Source: Octopus vulgaris (Eukaryota). From it: a DNA stretch of 64,000 nt. Shown here one piece after another: positions 1-12,906 of the stretch. The stretch lies in NCBI GenBank assembly GCA_951406725.2, contig OX597821.1:27652001-27716000 (forward strand), read 5' to 3'. Within the stretch, counting starts at the first letter, position 1; every line of letters begins with the position of its first letter. Position numbers and translations under genes: made by a program. The notes beneath the pieces were generated by a model that had not been told where the DNA came from, did not search any database, and saw only the letters and a program-made list of their open reading frames with translations.

Positions 1-400
1 TGTGTGTATAGGTATAAGTGAGAATCTCCTTATTTACCTATAACTCTATCCCCCCTTTTTTTATATATATATTTTTTTATATATATATTTTTTATATATA
101 TTTTTTTTTATATATATTTTTTATATTTTTTATTTTTTTATTTTATTTTTTTATTTTTTATTTTTTTATTTTTTTATTTTTTTATTTATCTATTCTTTCA
201 TCTAACTTACCACTGACTCCTTGACCACTCCCCCAAGTATGATATTTTGCGCTATGCCTACCCCCAAAAAGTCCCCCACCACCACTCCTTTAAACCTGCC
301 TAAATGTATAAATGCTAATACAATTCTTGTTAAATAGCTTCCTGAAGATTTCTCTTGAATGAAACAGTACTAGTCCTGTAGAAGCTCCTTCTATATAATA
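1..400 (+). mobile_element. 3' end (pLTR-like) of a Penelope-like element, third copy; runs off the window start
   Basis: Near-identical to 52575-53018 (GTATAAGTGAGAATCTCC ... GAAGCTCCTTCTATATAATAAA). Ends in an A-run followed by (TA)n. Confidence 0.85.
336..386 (+). ncRNA. Type I hammerhead ribozyme at the PLE 3' end
   Basis: AGCTTC-CTGAAGA-T.TTC(TCTT)GAA.T-GAAA-CAG(TACTAGTC)CTG-TA-GAAGCT. Stem I 6 bp, canonical CUGANGA/GAAA core, stem III 4 bp, GUA triplet, U.U at the base of stem II. Confidence 0.8.
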
Positions 401-406
401 AAAAAA

Positions 407-534
<128 letters not shown>

Positions 535-708
535 GTGCAAAGAGCAAATTAAAAACCCAAAATATGAGTACATGTTTATTTTTATTAATATTTAACGAAA
601 GCAACATAGTTACTCAATACCTGATAGTTTCCTGCGTTGGTACCTTGATAAGTGACAACACACGATATTCTCGGACCCTGACTCGCTGTTACTTCTGCTA
701 CATATCAG

Positions 709-773
<65 letters not shown>

Positions 774-774
774 A

Positions 775-1091
775 ACACAGTTGCAGCGAAAAAACCGTTA
801 GATACACCAGAATATTTAAATTTAATTTGCGCCAAAAGATTTACGTCGTTTTGAAACCGCAACCCGTTCACTGACAAAATTTCGAGATGCACCACGAAAT
901 GTTATCAGTAAACAGGTCACGGTTTCAATGCGACGGAAATATTTTATACAAATTAAATTTCAATGTTGAAGTTAATCTAACGGCTTTTGAATGTTTTTAA
1001 ATGACTTATAAACACCTTCCATGCTGCAATTGTTTTTGTATCACCACACAGTCGTTGATCAAGTCACTTGCTATGCAATTACATCTCCCTA

Positions 1092-1092
<1 letters not shown>
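775..1092. repeat. Fold-back (palindromic) interspersed element between (TA)n tracts
   Basis: Imperfect arms ~790-884 and 895-988 around the loop AGATGCACCA. A related copy at ~22705-22958 shares the tail GTCACTTGC.ATGCAA.TACATCTCC. Confidence 0.65.
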
Positions 1093-1148
<56 letters not shown>

Positions 1149-1175
1149 GTATGTAGTATATTCGTATATATGGTT

Positions 1176-1206
<31 letters not shown>

Positions 1207-1211
1207 GTATG

Positions 1212-1243
<32 letters not shown>

Positions 1244-1247
1244 TGTA

Positions 1248-1313
<66 letters not shown>

Positions 1314-1317
<4 letters not shown>

Positions 1318-1425
1318 CCTGCTGGCTTAGCCAGCGGAATGGCGTCATTTAAAGGTTAAAACAATGCGAAACGCATTGTGACCAGCGATATGTAGCAACA
1401 TCTGATAGTCTGGTCGGTCACGGTA
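1314..1425 (+). mobile_element. SINE 3' fragment (tail type shared with 3023-3121 and 22247-22455)
   Basis: GCTTAGCCAGC...AAAACAATGCGAAACGCATTGTGACCAGCGAT.TGTAGCAACATCTGATAG...GGTCACGGT recurs three times in the window. Confidence 0.65.
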
Positions 1426-2580
1426 ATATATATATAAATCATAAGTGCAAGCGGATACATGTGCCCGTATACATTTAGATCAATACTCATTGGAATTTAT
1501 GATTTTCACATGCACACAGATACCACACACACACACACAGATGCTGCATATATATAAATAAGTGTTTGCATATATATGTGTTTGTCTATGTGTGCGTGCT
1601 TGCTCTTGCCTGTGCACGAGTATTTATATAAACATTGCGAATTTTTACATTGGTTCATTGTATCAAATACCTTTTCTCAAACATTTGTTACACGAAATTT
1701 ATCGCACTTGACACTTGTCGAGGACATTCAAGTAATGAAGAAGGCATCACATGCGAACATGCTGCTTTTTATCTTACTGGTAAGTAATCGTATAATTATT
1801 CATTTACATGAAATTTCAATGTCACACAGGAAAATACTCAACGCTATTAAAATTCACATTTTTATGCTTTTGTCATTTATTTATTGTTTCATCTTGAATA
1901 GCTGTTATTTTGGCTGTAGTAGATAAATTAGCATATTCGAATTACTTGTTGATATTTGGGATTACCGTATTGAACTGTTTTGTCCCCATAATGTACATTA
2001 TGTTGAGGCATTCAGCAGCACATTTTGGCAGCACTTACAATAGCTTATTCATTTCCTATTTGTTATTAAAGAAAAATTCTGCTAGATATCTTCCAGCAAT
2101 AAAAAACTATTGACTTCTATCTCATGGAATTTGCTTCTTGTGAATCTCCATATTTCCTTTTTAGAACCTTTTTGGATTTCATTTTTTGTTTTTCATTTTT
2201 ACGAAGAGTCCTTTTTTGCTCTTTTCTTTATTTTCTCTTTCCAAGTCTGCGCAGTTACGTAAGAAGTGCCACAGGAATTTCTATTTATACTATCTGTGAT
2301 GCATGGAATATTAATTTAGAAAAAAGATAAGCCTTTCCAGTGTGAGATGGTTTGATACAAAAACGATATTACATTTCGTATCAACATTTTATCGCACAGG
2401 TGTTTATAAGTCTGTAACCGATTTTGTTTAACTGCTGTCGGGAAATGTCATCTGTTCTGATAGCAACTACTTAATTTTTTGCCAAGGTATTGCAGGTTAT
2501 AATTACATGCTGCATTTATAATTTACTAAAATAAAATAAACTCTTATTTATCCTTTAACACACACGGATACACACATTTT

Positions 2581-2778
2581 TATACGATGGACTGCTGCAA
2601 TGTTCCTGGCCTTAAGAGTATCACGAATGACATGGTTGACGGCTCAGCCTCTGATGTTCTTTTAGAGAGCTTAGGAAAAGAGGAGAACCACTACGGTGTG
2701 TGAAGCTAGAAGGGGAGTGTGTTGCATAACATCATAATTAAGAGATTCTCCTATATTTTCTTGGCCACACCTCGTATA
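2581..2778 (+). mobile_element. Short mariner/Tc1 deletion derivative
   Basis: Ends TATACGA... and ...CCTCGTATA are TIR-like and TA-flanked. The internal CGGTGTGTGAAGCTAGAAGGGGAGTGTGTTGCATAA translates as RCVKLEGECVA*, like mariner transposase C-termini. Confidence 0.45.
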
Positions 2779-3149
2779 TTATATATATGACGTTTATGTA
2801 AAAAAAAAAAGAAAGCAGTGAGGCAAGAGGAGTTCGCATAACTTCGTAAATGTCACTAATATTTCATAATGAACTCAAATTAAATCATCAGCTTCGTTGC
2901 TTTTTAATTATATTTGTGACATGACAGGTGTCTCCTTGATGAGCTTCTTTACAGTAGTATATTCCGTTTACGTCTTTGAATCTAATTTGTGTTTGTATGT
3001 GTATGTATTAATATATATATATTTAGCCAGCTGGGTGGCATCACTTGAAGGCTAAAACAATGCAAAGTGAATTGTGACCAGCGATGTGTAGCAACATCTG
3101 ATAGCCTCGTCGGTCACCGTGACTACGGTTATAGATATATATATATATA

Positions 3150-6100
3150 TTATATAAAAGGGCTTAGTAAAATAAATTACTTTGCCGCATACTGAACTCA
3201 TTAGAAATAGCAGCTAAAAAACTTTTTTAAAGCTATTTCTAATACTTAAAGAAAATCTCTCTCATATTGTGTTTGCTTAACTCAACTCACGAAAGTTTGG
3301 GGGTAAGGACATCAAAAAATCAAATGCAAAGGTTATTTGAGAACGTACGTTTCAAGATTAGTCAACACGACACTTCTATCATCAGCTCAGAAACTCCTTG
3401 GTTTGGATTTGAAAACACTGAAAGTAAGAGCATACCCTTTCGGCTTCTCATCGCTTTCGAAGATCTGCTCGTAACTAACAGTGCCAACAAACTCAAATAT
3501 GCAAGCGAAGAATTTCTGTTATCCCCTTTCCACCAGCGTGGGTTAAAATCAGCAAACACTATGCTTATTTCGGTAAAATCCGAAGCATTAATTAGAGGGA
3601 GATTAATTATAATTTCAACAATTGAGGGTAAAATTAATTAATTATTAATCAATTTCACCAAGTGTTCAGTATGCAAAGGGACCATTTAAGGCGAATTCAA
3701 ATTATTACATTATATAAAAGGGCTTAGTAAAATAAATTACTTTGCCGCATACTGAACTCATTAGAAATAGCAGCTAAAAAACTTTTTTAAAGCTATTTCT
3801 AATACTTAAAGAAAATCTCTCTCATATTGTGTTTGCTTAACTCAACTCACGAAAGTTTGGGGGTAAGGACATCAAAAAATCAAATGCAAAGGTTATTTGA
3901 GAACGTACGTTTCAAGATTAGTCAACACGACACTTCTATCATCAGCTCAGAAACTCCTTGGTTTGGATTTGAAAACACTGAAAGTAAGAGCATACCCTTT
4001 CGGCTTCTCATCGCTTTCGAAGATCTGCTCGTAACTAACAGTGCCAACAAACTCAAATATGCAAGCGAAGAATTTCTGTTCTCCCCTTTCCACCAGCGTG
4101 GGTTAAAATCAGCAAACACTATGCTTATTTCGGTAAAATCCGAAGCATTAATTAGAGGGAGATTAATTATAATTTCAACAATTGAGGGTAAAATTAAATT
4201 AATTATTAATCAATTTCACCAAGTGTTCAGTATGCAAAGGGACCATTTAAGGCGAATTCAAATTATTACATTATATAAAAGGGCTTAGTAAAATAAATTA
4301 CTTTGCCGCATACTGAACTCATTAGAAATAGCAGCTAAAAAACTTTTTTAAAGCTATTTCTAATACTTAAAGAAAATCTCTCTCATATAGTGTTTACTTA
4401 ACTCAACTCACGAAAGTTTGGGGGTAAGAACATCAAAAAATCAAATGCAAAGGTTATTTGAGAACGTACGTTTCAAGATTAGTCAACACGACACTTCTAT
4501 CATCAGCTCAGAAACTCCTTGGTTTGGATTTGAAAACACTGAAAGTAAGAGCATACCCTTTCGGCTTCTCATCGCTTTCGAAGATCTGCTCGTAACTAAC
4601 AGTGCCAACAAACTCAAATATGCAAGCGAAGAATTTCTGTTCTCCCCTTTCCACCAGCGTGGGTTAAAATCAGCAAACACTATGCTTATTTCGGTAAAAT
4701 CCGAAGCATTAATTAGAGGGAGATTAATTATAATTTCAACAATTGAGGGTAAAATTAATTAATTATTAATCAATTTCACCAAGTGTTCAGTATGCAAAGG
4801 GACCATTTAAGGCGAATTCAAATTATTACATTATATAAAAGGGCTTAGTAAAATAAATTACTTTGCCGCATACTGAACTCATTAGAAATAGCAGCTAAAA
4901 AACTTTTTTAAAGCTATTTCTAATACTTAAAGAAAATCTCTCTCATATAGTGTTTGCTTAACTCAACTCACGAAAGTTTGGGGGTAAGGACATCAAAAAA
5001 TCAAATGCAAAGGATATTTGAGAACGTACGTTTCAAGATTAGTCAGCACGACACTTCTATCATCAGCTCAGAAACTCCTTGGTTTGGATTTGAAAACACT
5101 GAAAGTAAGAGCATACCCTTTCGGCTTCTCATCGCTTTCGAAGATCTGCTCGTAACTAACAGTGCCAACAAACTCAAATATGCAAGCGAAGAATTTCTGT
5201 TCTCCCCTTTCCACCAGCGTGGGTTAAAATCAGCAAACACTATGCTTATTTCGGTAAAATCCGAAGCATTAATTAGAGGGAGATTAATTATAATTTCAAC
5301 AATTGAGGGTAAAATTAATTAATTATTAATCAATTTCACCAAGTGTTCAGTATGCAAAGGGACCATTTAAGGCGAATTCAAATTATTACATTATATAAAA
5401 GGGCTTAGTAAAATAAATTACTTTGCCGCATACTGAACTCATTAGAAATAGCAGCTAAAAAACTTTTTTAAAGCTATTTCTAATACTTAAAGAAAATCTC
5501 TCTCATATAGTGTTTGCTTAACTCAACTCACGAAAGTTTGGGGGTAAGGACATCAAAAAATCAAATGCAAAGGTTATTTGAGAACGTACGTTTCAAGATT
5601 AGTCAACACGACACTTCTATCATCAGCTCAGAAACTCCTTGGTTTGGATTTGAAAACACTGAAAGTAAGAGCATACCCTTTCGGCTTCTCATCGCTTTCG
5701 AAGATCTGCTCGTAACTAACAGTGCCAACAAACTCAAATATGCAAGCGAAGAATTTCTGTTCTCCCCTTTCCACCAGCGTGGGTTAAAATCAGCAAACAC
5801 TATGCTTATTTCGGTAAAATCCGAAGCATTAATTAGAAGGAGATTAATTATAATTTCAACAATTGAGGGTAAAATTAATTAATTATTAATCAATTTCACC
5901 AAGTGTTCAGTATGCAAAGGGACCATTTAAGGCGAATTCAAATTATTACATTATATAAAAGGGCTTAGTAAAATAAATTACTTTGCCGCATACTGAACTC
6001 ATTAGAAATAGCAGCTAAAAAACTTTTTTAAAGCTATTTCTAATACTTAAAGAAAATCTCTCTCATATAGTGTTTGCTTAACTCAACTCACGAAAGTTTG

Positions 6101-7201
6101 GGGTAAGGACATCAAAAAATCAAATGCAAAGGTTATTTGAGAACGTACGTTTCAAGATTAGTCAACACGACACTTCTATCATCAGCTCAGAAACTCCTTG
6201 GTTTGGATTTGAAAACACTGAAAGTAAGAGCATACCCTTTCGGCTTCTCATCGCTTTCGAAGATCTGCTCGTAACTAACAGTGCCAACAAACTCAAATAT
6301 GCAAGCGAAGAATTTCTGTTCTCCCCTTTCCACCAGCGTGGGTTAAAATCAGCAAACACTATGCTTATTTCGGTAAAATCCGAAGCATTAATTAGAGGGA
6401 GATTAATTATAATTTCAACAATTGAGGGTAAAATTAATTAATTATTAATCAATTTCACCAAGTGTTCAGTATGCAAAGGGACCATTTAAGGCGAATTCAA
6501 ATTATTACATTATATAAAAGGGCTTAGTAAAATAAATTACTTTGCCGCATACTGAACTCATTAGAAATAGCAGCTAAAAAACTTTTTTAAAGCTATTTCT
6601 AATACTTAAAGAAAATCTCTCTCATATAGTGTTTGCTTAACTCAACTCACGAAAGTTTGGGGGTAAGGACATCAAAAAATCAAATGCAAAGGTTATTTGA
6701 GAACGTACGTTTCAAGATTAGTCAACACGACACTTCTATCATCAGCTCAGAAACTCCTTGGTTTGGATTTGAAAACACTGAAAGTAAGAGCATACCCTTT
6801 CGGCTTCTCATCGCTTTCGAAGATCTGCTCGTAACTAACAGTACCAACAAACTCAAATATGCAAGCGAAGAATTTCTGTTCTTCCCTTTCCACCAGCGTG
6901 GGTTAAAATCAGCAAACACTATGCTTATTTCGGTAAAATCCGAAGCATTAATTAGAGGGAGATTAATTATAATTTCAACAATTGAGCATTAATTAGAGGG
7001 AGATTAATTATAATTTCAACAATTGAGGGTAAAATTAATTAATTATTAATCAATTTAACAAAGTGTTCAGTATGCAAAGGGACCATTTAAGGCGAATTCC
7101 AATTATTACATTATATAAAAGGGCTTAGTAAAATAAATTACTTTGCCGCATACTGAACTCATTAGAAATAGCAGCTAAAAAACTTTTTTAAAGCTATTTC
7201 T
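3150..7201 (-). repeat. Tandem array of a ~560-bp HHR-bearing unit (7 full units + partial); retrozyme-like
   Basis: The unit marker TATATAAAAGGGC recurs at 3151, 3711, 4272, 4832, 5392, 5952, 6511 and 7112 (periods 560/561/560/560/560/559/601; the last unit has a 41-bp internal duplication). Units differ by only a few substitutions, and each has an HHR on the minus strand. Confidence 0.9.
3336..3392 (-). ncRNA. Minimal type I hammerhead ribozyme (repeated at ~3896, 4457, 5017, 5577, 6136, 6696)
   Basis: Minus strand: TTCTGAG-CTGATGA-T.AGA.AGT.GTC(GTGTT)GAC.TAA.TCT.T-GAAA-CGTACG-TT-CTCAAA. Stem I TGAG/CTCA, palindromic stem III (ACGTACGT), GUU triplet, U.U at the base of stem II. Confidence 0.7.
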
Positions 7202-7386
7202 AGCTGCTATTTCTAATGAGTTTTTTAGCTGCTATTTCTAATGAGTTCAGTATGCGGCAAAGTAATTTATTTTACTGAGCCCTTTTATATAACGTAATAA
7301 TTTGAATTCGCCTTAAATGGTCCCTTTGCATACTGAACACTTGGTGAAATTGATTAATAATTAATTAATTTTACCCTCAATTGTTG

Positions 7387-7394
<8 letters not shown>
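7202..7394 (+). repeat. Inverted partial copy of the 560-bp unit, ending in (TA)n
   Basis: Reverse complement of the unit junction (GTTCAGTATGCGGCAAAGTAATTTATTTTAC ... TTACCCTCAATTGTTGAAATTATA). TAGCTGCTATTTCTAATGAGTT is duplicated at the inversion point. Confidence 0.85.
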
Positions 7395-7442
<48 letters not shown>

Positions 7443-8122
7443 CATACACACACGCGCATATATATACATATATATATGTACATATATATGTATGTACATT
7501 TAAGTACATTCACAGGCGCACACAAAAACTGAGTTTAATTGTTTGCAATATGTCCCCTATATGAATGATGATGTTGAGGAAATCATGATGGTCGTTGTGA
7601 TAAATCATCAGTATCATGTTCAGAAATGCAGCACTCACATTTAAAGGGCATTTACTTTATTGTAATTTAAGCTAATCCTATAATACACCCATTAGAGACT
7701 GCCCAGATATTTCCGATTATATTTTGTATCTTGAGTTCGTTTCAATAAGTTGATGCGTTGAAATTTGGCAATATTGTTCCCGTGTCTCTAAGTGTAATGT
7801 TTTCATTATAAACATTCGTTTCTATGCCACCATTGGCGTTTGCGTGCGATCGGTTACTCGCCACAATGAAAAATCACTTTCGCTTCTTCGATCGATCATT
7901 AATTCCGTTAACAGTATTTTTTTACACCGTTGTATATGAATATATTGGCACCAATTGAATTCCTTCTATTTGAAAAATATCTGAGAAGACGTAGTGCATA
8001 TTTACTTGAGGTACCTACAACAAATACAACAAAATACGAGAGCAAGAACGACGACAAAAAATCTAAAGGAACAATATTATTAAGTAGTAGTAGGAGTAGT
8101 AGTAGTAGTAGTAGTATTAGTG

Positions 8123-8154
<32 letters not shown>

Positions 8155-9025
8155 CGTAGTCGTAGTCGTAGTAGTAGTAGTAGTAGTAGTCGTAGCCGTA
8201 GTAGTAGTAGTAGTAGTGATAATAATAATAATAGTAGTAGTAGACGCTTATGGTAGAGGTCTGTCGAAATTATAGTGTTTGACTGGTACTTAATTTATCG
8301 ACTCCAAAGTGATGAAAAGACAAGTGCACATCGGTGGAATTTGAAATTAGGTTATAAAGACGGATGAATTGCCGCAAAGCACATGTCGGGTGTGTTACGC
8401 TAGAACATACCAGTCAATAGATTTTCCATTCTTTGCATATATGTATCCCACTGGCGACAATATGCGTTTCGATGTACGTCGAGTATACGGAGCCGATGGG
8501 GTAAAAGGATAGCAAAATATCGATACCCTTCCATCCTATTTACCTTCAGGACAGCACCTCTTCTGTTCAGACATTCAGTGTTCCTTAACACTCTGGTCGG
8601 TAAGGGACATTTCCCAGGAATGTAACCCGCGGCTAATGCATGTAGGAACAAAACACGCACACAGACTATGTACGTGTCATCGATATTGTTTACATTTTTA
8701 GAGAGGCTGTCAATTCAGAATAATTTTTTTCTCATGTACTACACAACGGCAAGTCAATAAATAGACTTTACACTATTTTCATATACGTCCCAGGCCGGCT
8801 ACATATTTCGTTTCGAGGTCCGTCAAAATATGGCGATGGTGAGCTTAAGTTATACCGAAATATCCACATCCGCCGTTTTCATTCACCTGAGTTGCCAGTT
8901 ATCCTGCCTCATCTCGGACATTCAGTGTTTTTTAACCCTCTGCGTTATGGAAGAATGCAACCAATTGGCATATAAGCAAAACACATACGCTATAATTTTT
9001 ACTGCTTTGCTTTTAATTCAAAAGT

Positions 9026-9105
<80 letters not shown>

Positions 9106-9107
<2 letters not shown>

Positions 9108-9660
9108 TTGAGGGAGCAGTGCATGCCATCAAAATAACACTGGGGTAACATATACGAAGCCCAGTATACCCATCATGACTACCCGTCTGATAAGGGTACA
9201 CTAGGCACATGCATCACAACCATATGTGCGCAACATGGTGATTTCATATCAAGACAAAGAGCACATGACCTTGCAGGTGGGGCCCAGTTAGAATTTTCTT
9301 CTTCTCCAGTAACCGATTCCGCTCAAAAGAACCCTGAATAAGGATTGTTTAAGGGTGTTGAACGAAACACCCATGTTTCCAGAGGTGAATTATTCAAACC
9401 CCGGAATAATCTCTCTCAACACATGGTTATGATGCTCACCCACTGCTTCTGCTCGTGATCAGAGATGCACATATCGTCAGCCACTAAGAGAAATGCCGAA
9501 CTGGTTAAGGTCAAACAACTGACAGGCAAATCTGTGGTATTGAGCAGAATATATGCAGTAGCCCATCTTTTATACCAAGACAAAACAACGTACATGATAA
9601 CACTTCCAATCAGTTAAGATCAGAGGCTATGAGAGCCAGTGCGTGGTACTGCATCAGGGC
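9106..9660. mobile_element. ~550-bp interspersed repeat between (ATT)n tracts, unclassified
   Basis: GC-richer block sharply bounded by (ATT)n on both sides; no coding motif recognised. Confidence 0.45.
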
Positions 9661-9780
9661 AATTATTATTATCTTTATTATCATTATTATTATTATTATT
9701 ATTAATATTATTATTATTATTATTATTATCATTACTATTATTAATATTATTATTAATATTATTAATATTATTATTATTAT

Positions 9781-9814
<34 letters not shown>

Positions 9815-10253
9815 ATTATTATTATCATTGTTATTGTTGTTGTTGTTGTTATCATTATTCCCATACACTCAATAAATTAGTCTGTTGGAAAAGAAAATAA
9901 CCCTAACGTCGGGCTACAAGAAGTAACCTTAGATGTCCAGCAACCTACTATTGGGTTACAGCAAGTATCCTTAGATGCCAAGGGCCCTCCTAATTATCCT
10001 ACCTATCCCTAATAACACTGTTTTCTACAGCTGTACTACACTGCGTGTTATGCCTATTTCTCAATTCATATGTTCAGATCTTTCCATAGTGATTCCATTA
10101 CTTGGTCCTGGGCTTTCAATAGTCAGATCCTGGAAATTCAATAGCTAGGTTCTTCTTCTTCTTCTTCTTCTTCTTCTTCTTCTTCTTCTTCTTCTTCTTC
10201 TTCTTCTTCTTCTTCTTCTTCTTCTTCTTCCTCCTCCTCCTCCTTCTTCTTCT

Positions 10254-10338
<85 letters not shown>

Positions 10339-10348
10339 CATCATCATC

Positions 10349-10402
<54 letters not shown>

Positions 10403-11654
10403 CAGCAGTTTTCATGGCCGGGGTTTGGACAATACTACCGACTCCAGGCCTCCACATTTACAGTTTTTTTGTGCTACTGAGAGCGTATCGAGCTAGAAGT
10501 AAATGATTAACACATTAGTTAATCTAATTAGACTAACTAATTAGTTCAGAGAAGGAGGAATTATTTTATATTTCGACCCAAAAGAAAGTGTAACTAAAAA
10601 TAATACTGAAAATATCAACCTGCCTTCAACTTACAATGCCTTAATTGAAACAGTGGCTCTCAAGATAAATGCATGCTTCAGGGTAGCATAGCCGAAGGTA
10701 ACATACGGAGTTCAGAAGAGAAAGAGAGAAACGGGTTTTCTCATGGAGTAGATTTGCAAAGAGGAGGGCTTTGAAACTTGTCGCTCCTTGTGTATCCTGC
10801 AAAATATCAGTCAGAAGCAAACCCAAATTGTAAACTCTATGACAAGCGGTATACGTTAGCAAAAATATTAATAATAATAAATAGCACGTAGCCTGAAATG
10901 ATATCAGTTACGGAAAAACAGAAATACCATATGGCTTTTAAAAAATGAGCAAGATACAGTGTGACTAAAATAATAGCAAGGAAGGCATACATATTATTGA
11001 CATCTTGTGAAACTTAATAGTGCCATTAAAATCAGATGATGAAAAATATGAGTAGTTGTTTAGAAGAATGATTCGAATGGAACTCAGGGATTACTTAGTG
11101 CGGCACAAGATCCAAGATTTAACAGTAGGAATAAATCAAAAGCTGATATTAATCGCTTTTCATGTCTCAAAGACATGAAGAAATATAGCACAGGAATTGC
11201 TTAAAAATATTGTAGATTACTTCAGCATTGTGAAATACTAAGAGATGATGATGTATGCTTACATGAGAAAAAGGATATTGCAGTCCACGGTGAAAAATAG
11301 ATCTCGCATAATTGACCTATCTTTGATGTCAATCGTCGTCGAGATAACAGAACTAAGGGACAATAACATATCCATAAGCGGAGCAAAAAATTAAACAAGA
11401 TGTGGAGTTCTGAAAAACAAAAAGATAAGAATGTTAAGACAGAAGAGAGAAGTATATTCTGTATTAGTAATATTTTTTCGAATGTTGTCATAAACCTTGT
11501 AGTTTTAGGAAGACAAAATTCAAATAGAGAAATCAGAACTCAGATGTTAAAGAGCAAGAAGAAACGCACCTAAAAATGTTGTGCGATGCCCAGAGGATTC
11601 TGCCAGATTGCTGCTTTTACGAAATGTAGTAAATTATAATAATGATGGCTTCAG

Positions 11655-12050
11655 GTTTTTACACAAGACCATCAATTTCGGGGAGGGAGTAAATCGAATA
11701 CACCAACCCCAGTGCTCAATTGCTAATGTTATCGACTCCGAGAGTATAAAAGTTAAATTGTACCTCGGCGTAATTTCAAATCAGTAAGTAAAGACGAACA
11801 AAAATACTTCTAAGCCTTTTGCCCGGCGTGGTAACGAGTCTGTCAGATCGCAACCATACCGTCTTAATTAATAGTAGCAATTTCACAATTTGGCAGAAGG
11901 CCAGTAAGTTCAGGGGAGGGGGTAAATCCTGCACATCAATGCTAGTGTGGAACTGCTACGAAAGGATATAAAGTAAAGTCGAGCTTCGGGGAATTTGAAC
12001 GGAAAGACGACGAAAGACTGCTAAACATTTTCCACAGTATTACCGCCTTA
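11655..12050 (-). mobile_element. Two degenerate tRNA-derived SINE copies (family of 42300-42705)
   Basis: ATCGACTCCGAGAGTATAAAAGTTAAATTGTACCTCGGCGTAATTT and AAAGTCGAGCTTCGGGGAATTTGAAC match the family seen at 8278-8395, 34975-35138, 42300-42705 and 59490-59703. Confidence 0.55.
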
Positions 12051-12844
12051 ATAACAAAAATCACTCTGTAAACAGATGCAGAGAAACCAACACGAATACC
12101 TGTTGTATTTAGAACAAAGCAATACTAAGCATCGCATGCGTAGTCACAGATTATTGGAAATGAAATTGCAGACACTACAACAAACTAAAAGACAATACAC
12201 ATATCCAAGTCCCACAGAGCCGCATTTGGAAAAACAACGAAAACAATGAATGCATACAATAGATTAGAAAAAATATTGAAAAATAATATTTGTGACAGCA
12301 CCAAAACAAAATATGATTAACAAGAATTACTGTAAGCAACATCTCAGCAAAAACAGAGAAGAATTGTCTGTGATGATAGTGGGTAAGGTATAAGTAAAAG
12401 TAAAATCACATTGAGTGTTTATTTCGGTACTGGAAGAATTTTTACATACCAATTTTATTTCTTATTCTGGCCCATGTACTGATTCGTGGGACGTGCACCT
12501 ACTCCCAATCCTATTACTCCTATAACATCTCCGCATTTTCCTCCTCCAGCTCTTCGTCTTAAGGATGTTTAATCGTATTATATGATGCAAATATTAATGT
12601 ATAATTGTATTATTCTTTGTAACAGTACTAATAGTATTGATAATCGTAGAAATAGCAATGCTATGGATACGAATAATGGTCCCTCTCTTTCGTTGTACAT
12701 AAAAGGAATGACAATCTAAATAAATTAGTCAGCAATGACTCTTAATCACACCAATATGCACTAGCACACGTACTCGCACACACACACACTATATATATAT
12801 ACAAATGCATGTGTACATACATACAAATACATATATATGTATGT

Positions 12845-12906
<62 letters not shown>

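Noticed and set aside
610-685. Hammerhead-like motif in the 530-710 block between (TA)n tracts
   Set aside because: GAAA and a partial stem II are present on the minus strand, but there is no acceptable CTGANGA core or stem I.
3430-3460. Second HHR-like GCGATGA-GAAGCC-GAAA in each array unit (minus strand)
   Set aside because: C3/U4 are absent, stem II is at most 1 bp, and there is no stem I.
3267-6992. Repeated 105-153 aa (+) and 65 aa (-) ORFs in the tandem array
   Set aside because: No recognisable domain, mostly non-ATG starts, and disrupted by 1-bp indels between units. They recur only because the unit is repeated.
3150-7201. CRISPR-like or simple satellite interpretation
   Set aside because: No repeat-spacer alternation and a eukaryotic context. 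The HHR per unit and the inverted tail favour a retro-derived array.
10600-12400. Possible old LINE remnants (also 8400-9000, 30660-31000, 32330-32700, 43500-43800)
   Set aside because: Composition is suggestive, but no motif could be read with enough confidence to classify them.
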